A DNA stretch of 64,000 nt from a virus: IMG/VR virus record IMGVR_UViG_3300024966_000001, positions 9,381 to 73,380 of that record. The stretch is one strand, 5' to 3'. Both the position numbers and the translations under genes were made by a program. The notes under the pieces were generated by a model. It ran no database searches. It was not told the DNA's origin and saw nothing but the letters and a program-made list of their open reading frames with translations. This document shows, one piece after another, positions 59,488-64,000 of this stretch (the stretch's first letter is position 1; every line of letters begins with the position of its first letter).

Positions 59488-61824
59488 ATGCTTGGCTTAT
59501 CGCCGTTTGGTGCTTCGCCATTTGGCGGCGAGCCTGATGACATAATAATTGGTATAGCCGGCGGTGCTGTTAGTGTTGCCAGCGCTACTGGTTCGGCTAC
59601 CGATAAGCTAAGCCTATCCGGTTCCGCTACAGCAACGGCGACAGACTCCAGCACCACATCGCTCAAAGTTTCGGCAGCGGGTTCGGCCGGTGCCGTTGCC
59701 AGTGATGGTGGCGTTGCTGTTGCGGTAGACAGCGTCAGAAGCGCCAACATATCGGCATCTATGTTTGGGGCGTCATCGTTTGGTGCGGAACCATTCGGTG
59801 CGGAGGGAGAAGGCGTTATCAATGGGTTTGACGGCCTCTTCGGAAGTGTTGCGAGTGCGGCAGGGGCAACCACAATAACCCTCGGTATATCCGGTTCTTT
59901 CGCAGCAACGGCGAATGAATCCGGCGTAGCATCGATAAGCCTATCAGCGGCGGGTTCCGTCACTTCTGTTTCGAGTGATACGGGAGCCGTAAAAAACACT
60001 CTCGGAGTATCTGGATCTGTCGCATCATCATCGTCGGATTCCGGCGCAGTATCGCTAAAAATCCCCCTCTCGGGTTCTTCCGCTTCCGTTTCCAGTGATG
60101 CAGGAGTCGCCACAAATACCCTCGGCGTATCCGGTGCAGCAGCAGCTATGGGTTCTGATGCAGCGACACTCGGCGTATCCATAGGTGGTTCGGCAACTTC
60201 CGTTTCAAACGATAGTGGCGCCGCGGTAATTATTGATAGCGTTACTTGTGCCAGCATATCGGCTTCAATGTTTGGAGCGTCGTCATTTGGGTCGTCGTCA
60301 TTCGGTGCTGAGGGTGATGGTGTAATAAATGGTTTTGATGGCAGTGCTAACAGCATTGCCAGTGGTTCCGGCGTTGCCACCAACACGCTCGGATTATCCG
60401 GCTCGGTAACAGCAACGGCGACGGATACCGGTGCTTTAGCAATAGCTGAGGCATTAAGCGGATCGCCAACCGCCATTACCACCACCACTGGCACGGCTGT
60501 CGCTGTCGATAGCGTCAAGAGCGCAAGCATATCAGCCGCAATGTTCGGTGCTTCATCATTCGGGGCGATGTCGTTCGGCTCTGAAGGCGATGGCGTAATA
60601 AATGGCTTCGATGGTGTTTTTGCTTCCTTTGCCAGCGACACTGGTGCCGCTACCGTTGCTCTGTCTATATCTGGTTCGGGTGCATCGGTTGCGACGGATT
60701 CCGGAGCGCCGGTGGTCGTAATATCTACGAGTGGATCGGCTACCGCTGTTTCAAGCGATACCGGCACTGTCACCAATACGAATAGCTTATCCGGATCTAG
60801 CGCGGCGATAGCAACGGATTCCGGCACGGCGACACTCGGCATATCCCTAAGTAGCACGGCTGCTGCCACAGCCAGCGATACCGGTACCGGTATTGCCGTT
60901 GATAGTATTTCCTGCGCCAGCATATCGGCTTCAATGTTTGGAGCGTCGTCATTTGGTAGTTCATCATTCGGCGCTGAGGGTGATGGTGTAATAAATGGTT
61001 TTGATGGCAGTGCTAACAGCATTGCCAGTGGTTCCGGCGTTGCCACCAACACGCTCGGATTATCCGGCTCGGTAACAGCAACGGCGACGGATACCGGTGC
61101 TTTAGCAATAGCTGAGGCATTAAGCGGATCGCCAACCGCCATTACCACCACCACTGGCACGGCTGTCGCTGTCGATAGCGTCAAGAGCGCAAGCATATCG
61201 GCCGCAATGTTCGGTGCTTCATCATTCGGGGCAATGTCGTTCGGCTCTGAAGGCGATGGCGTCATAAACGGCTTCGATGGTGTTTTTGCTTCCTTTGCCA
61301 GTGACACTGGTGCCGCTACCGTTGCTCTGTCTATATCTGGTTCATGTGCATCGGTTGCGACGGATTCCGGAGCGCCGGTGGTCGGCATATCCGCGAGCAG
61401 CTCGGCCGGTGCCGTTGCCAATGACGGCGGCGCTGTAACAATTGCGAAAAATTTGCTTGGCGGTGCTGAATCCATAGCAACGGATACTGGACATATAGCA
61501 AGGCAAAATTTGCAAGGTGATGCTCAGACAGATTCTGAGTCCTTGGGCGAGGTACAATTATCTATCTCGGTTGAAGGGGGTTCCGCTTCCTCCAATTCTG
61601 CCACTACTGGAAATTTAACGGAGATTATTCGCAGTGCAAAAAGCGTAACTCCAGTAAGGACGGCAATTAGTGTAACGAAAAAACTAAGCGCAAGAAGTGT
61701 AATGCCGGTAAAAAATATAATCAATGTTGCGTCAAAATTAAGTGCTATTGACACTACACGCCAATACAGCGCCACAAGTCATACAATAATAAGAAGTTTA
61801 AGGATATTTGATGTCGCAGCTTGA
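59488..61824 (+). CDS. Large Ser/Ala/Gly-rich repeat virion protein
   Basis: MLGLSPFGASPFGG start; five MFGASSFG..(S/P)FG.EG.GVINGFDG units. Confidence 0.75.
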   Translation: MLGLSPFGASPFGGEPDDIIIGIAGGAVSVASATGSATDKLSLSGSATATATDSSTTSLKVSAAGSAGAVASDGGVAVAVDSVRSANISASMFGASSFGAEPFGAEGEGVINGFDGLFGSVASAAGATTITLGISGSFAATANESGVASISLSAAGSVTSVSSDTGAVKNTLGVSGSVASSSSDSGAVSLKIPLSGSSASVSSDAGVATNTLGVSGAAAAMGSDAATLGVSIGGSATSVSNDSGAAVIIDSVTCASISASMFGASSFGSSSFGAEGDGVINGFDGSANSIASGSGVATNTLGLSGSVTATATDTGALAIAEALSGSPTAITTTTGTAVAVDSVKSASISAAMFGASSFGAMSFGSEGDGVINGFDGVFASFASDTGAATVALSISGSGASVATDSGAPVVVISTSGSATAVSSDTGTVTNTNSLSGSSAAIATDSGTATLGISLSSTAAATASDTGTGIAVDSISCASISASMFGASSFGSSSFGAEGDGVINGFDGSANSIASGSGVATNTLGLSGSVTATATDTGALAIAEALSGSPTAITTTTGTAVAVDSVKSASISAAMFGASSFGAMSFGSEGDGVINGFDGVFASFASDTGAATVALSISGSCASVATDSGAPVVGISASSSAGAVANDGGAVTIAKNLLGGAESIATDTGHIARQNLQGDAQTDSESLGEVQLSISVEGGSASSNSATTGNLTEIIRSAKSVTPVRTAISVTKKLSARSVMPVKNIINVASKLSAIDTTRQYSATSHTIIRSLRIFDVAA
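60250..61383 (+). repeat. Near-identical internal duplication of about 470 bp, offset 666 bp
   Basis: 60250-60717 matches 60916-61383 with few substitutions. Confidence 0.9.
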
Positions 61825-62125
61825 AGAATTTGTCCATTTAGGATGCATAAATACCATCGAATTATCCTTGCTCGTCGATGAGGCTGTAATTACTCATACA
61901 TCAATTACACGATGCCAGATAAAAATCGGCATCGTCTTGATAGATAGCGACATACTACCCGATGCATTTGATTTTACACATCCAGAAAAGCTTATTCTGA
62001 AATTTGGCGATGTGGGACTTACAGAGGGTGAATACCAGTCGAAACTTTATGTGTTTGAGGTTAATACTGAAGGTCGTATTTTCTGGTGCGACCTGAAGAT
62101 AACGGTTATTGATGATGGTTTTTAG
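61811..62125 (+). CDS. Hypothetical structural protein
   Basis: AGGA SD; last gene of the rightward operon. Confidence 0.55.
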   Translation: MSQLEEFVHLGCINTIELSLLVDEAVITHTSITRCQIKIGIVLIDSDILPDAFDFTHPEKLILKFGDVGLTEGEYQSKLYVFEVNTEGRIFWCDLKITVIDDGF

Positions 62126-62242
62126 TTTGCTTGTCGATATAGGCACACAAATCGGTGTAGTTTACGGTTTTTAGGCATGTAGACACCTAAAATGGCGTCT
62201 ACATCGCGTTAGGCCTCGCCACCGAAGCAGCGGGGCCGGTTG

Positions 62243-62944
62243 TTAATCTCGTCCGTACCACGGCATCCCTGTTTCTTGCTCCAGCGCATTAATTGAGCTT
62301 AATGCTTTCTTTTGCGCTATATCGAGGTAGGCAAGGCATGATGTCAACTGCCACAAGGTATCTCGGTGGACGATGACCAGTTTACTGTCGGGCAGGTCTA
62401 TATGCTGGATGAACTCCACCAGCTTTTGCCCTTCCAGGTCTTTGCCCCATTTCCGTATCGCTTCGCGTAACTGCTCTTTGATCTTGTCGTATTGGCGCAG
62501 GCTCAAGGTGTGGGCGCGGCGCTCGATGGCGGATTCTACTTCTTTAGCAAATGGTCCGGCAGGCGGCAAGGTTTTGGCTGTTTCCGTAGCCTTGCCGTGC
62601 AGTTCGCTTTCCATGCGATTGAAGGTGGTGATGTAGGCTTCTTTCCATTGCGCGGCTTTTGCGCCAGTGAAGCCCATCGCCAAGAACATAAAACCGTCTC
62701 GGGTGATTTCGTACATGGTTTCTTCGCGGCTGGCGTTCTTACCTCCTACGACTTGGTATTTGCTAACGCCAAAATTGGCGGCAGCAAATTCTGGCGAGCA
62801 TTCCAAACTCTCAATAGCTCGTAAAACTCGATAATGAGCTTTGCCAAAATGTTCGGCAATTTTCAGCGAAGTAGTTTTAATTTCACCGTTGATGATGGCG
62901 AGTTCTGGATTTAGTTCGGGCGTGGTTTGGGGCGTGGTATTCAT
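62243..62944 (-). CDS. Rha-family phage regulatory/antirepressor-like protein
   Basis: TTSLKIAEHFGK.H..VLRAIESL.CS.EF...NF...MYEITRDGFMFLAMGFTG.KAA.WKE.YI..FN.ME. Confidence 0.9.
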   Translation of the reverse strand: MNTTPQTTPELNPELAIINGEIKTTSLKIAEHFGKAHYRVLRAIESLECSPEFAAANFGVSKYQVVGGKNASREETMYEITRDGFMFLAMGFTGAKAAQWKEAYITTFNRMESELHGKATETAKTLPPAGPFAKEVESAIERRAHTLSLRQYDKIKEQLREAIRKWGKDLEGQKLVEFIQHIDLPDSKLVIVHRDTLWQLTSCLAYLDIAQKKALSSINALEQETGMPWYGRD

Positions 62945-62945
62945 G

Positions 62946-63208
62946 ATTGCGACCTTTAAAAACGAGTTTAAAACCCGCCTCCAAACGATGCCAATCATAA
63001 GGAGACGGACTGAACGAAGTTGGCATACCGAGGTCGCACCCGGCCACCCTTGCGGGTGCTCCATCCAGCCCGTCATAACTGGGGGCCGTGCGTTGGACAC
63101 AAAAAAACCGCAAGGTTGCGGCTGTGCCGCGACATTCAGGATGCCAATCCCGCCTGCCCAATGTGGGGCAGTGGGTAAATGGTAGTCTTGTTTTATCGCG
63201 GCTGTCAA
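62946..63208 (-). ncRNA. Sigma70 promoter plus C4/IsrK-like antisense leader, module 4
   Basis: TTGACA (63208-63203), 18-bp spacer, TACCAT; same 25-nt 5' end as module 1; seeds TGCGACC and ATGCCAA match GTCGC and TTGGCAT upstream and downstream. Confidence 0.65.
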
Positions 63209-63225
63209 TATCATGTGTTTTCCAA

Positions 63226-63347
63226 GCCTAACAAGTCGGTCAAAGGGACTGGCCGAGCTGTGGCGGTTTTAAAGTTCAGTGGTGGTTCAATCGTTCGGGC
63301 TTCGTTCAGCGTCCGTGTCCGGCCAGCCCCTTACCGTGGCGTTAGGC
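63226..63347 (+). other. attC recombination site (122 bp)
   Basis: R'' GCCTAAC, L'' GGTCAAAG, arms AAGGGACTGGCCG / CGGCCAGCCCCTT, L' CCTTACC, R' GTTAGGC. Confidence 0.8.
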
Positions 63348-63381
63348 CCCGCCACCGAAGCAGCGGGGGCGGTTGTTAAAT

Positions 63382-63872
63382 TTACGCCGCCAATTTACTC
63401 AGCAGCTCCGATTTTTTGACCACGATATAGCCGCGCTCCTGGGTCATGTATTTAATCCATTGCTGTTCGTTTAATGCGATGGCATCCAGCGCCACCGGCG
63501 TTAATTGGGGCTTCATGTTGTCGGGGTTGAACGACAACAACCAGCGCGATTGCCATAACATGCTTGCCGCCAATCCGGTAATGGTCTGCTCATTCATCAC
63601 AGGCCATGCCGGAGGTGTTACCCCTGCCTGCTTCATGTCAGCATGGCAAGCGTCCAGGTGCGCGTTGATGGCCTCGCGGGCTTCGTGGCGGTAAGCGTTG
63701 TCGGTCAGGAACGGGTCGGGTTCTTTGTCCAGCAGTTCCCCTTCAATCGGCAGGCGGCTAAGCAAGCTCAGGATGTTGACAAAGTTATCAGGGCTTACCT
63801 CTTTGTAAGTACAGCCAAATTTCTTTTTGATCGCGCTCCACTGCTTGATGATTGCTCCGGCCTGTTTTTCCT
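63382..63872 (-). pseudogene. 3' part of an antirepressor-like gene interrupted by an IS
   Basis: Frame is open to the IS junction: KEKQAGAIIKQWSAIKKKFGCTYKEVSPDNF..ILSLLSRL..EGELL, homologous to the middle of 9452..10471. Confidence 0.75.
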
Positions 63873-63874
63873 TA

Positions 63875-64000
63875 GAAGCTGTTTAAAAACCTAACAAATT
63901 CCGCGTAAAAGACGATGTACCTCAGTAATTTTGATAAATACTTCGGCCGTATCGGTTAGGCGCTCATAATCCTTGGAAAGCCGTCTGGAGTTTCCAAGCC
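63875..64000 (-). mobile_element. End of an IS5-family element (IS1031-like) with transposase C-terminus 63891..64000
   Basis: LGNSRRLSKDYERLTDTAEVFIKI...LLRGIC*; end GAAGCTGTTTAAAAAC next to a TTA target at 63872-63874. Confidence 0.8.

Larger units (their letters stand above)
62209..63341 (+). mobile_element. Integron-type gene cassette carrying an inverted Rha antirepressor unit
   Basis: Bounded by G/TTAGGC at 62208 and at 63341; attC at the right end. Confidence 0.65.

Noticed and set aside
59484-61475. 663-aa ORF on the minus strand
   Set aside because: Antisense shadow of a low-complexity repeat gene; no SD or operon context
53500-62125. Diversity-generating retroelement or CRISPR array near the fibre genes
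   Set aside because: No reverse transcriptase, no adenine-specific TR/VR pair and no repeat-spacer periodicity seen

Overview
Almost the whole window (about 1-62.1 kb) is the late/morphogenesis region of a P1/D6-like contractile-tailed temperate phage (prophage or phage-plasmid). The host is probably a gammaproteobacterium, possibly Methylococcales, inferred only from the SSB and attC style. The region holds a C5 methyltransferase, recombination genes, PacA/PacB-like terminase, prohead protease, capsid, sheath, tube, baseplate, portal, tape measure, a lysis cassette, a Hdf-DarA-DarB-Ulx antirestriction cluster and many tail-fibre genes. No integrase, rep/par, tRNA, rRNA or CRISPR is visible. 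Main signals read from the sequence: (1) ten intergenic copies of a GGAAAA(C)-N27-xAxxxT promoter at identical spacing, most paired with hairpins that would hide the start signal in read-through RNA; (2) four C4/IsrK-like antisense leader modules, each with its own internally consistent seed sequences, in front of antirepressor genes; (3) at the right end, integron-type cassettes (attC) carrying inverted antirepressor genes, the second broken by an IS5; (4) an AT-rich RosmerTA-like locus followed by an unannotated 42-aa peptide ending in the beta-clamp motif QLDLF; (5) darB split by one in-frame TGA at the Walker A glycine; (6) an overlapping-frame second MTase polypeptide; (7) a candidate pac site inside terS. 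Family names come from motif recognition, not database searches.
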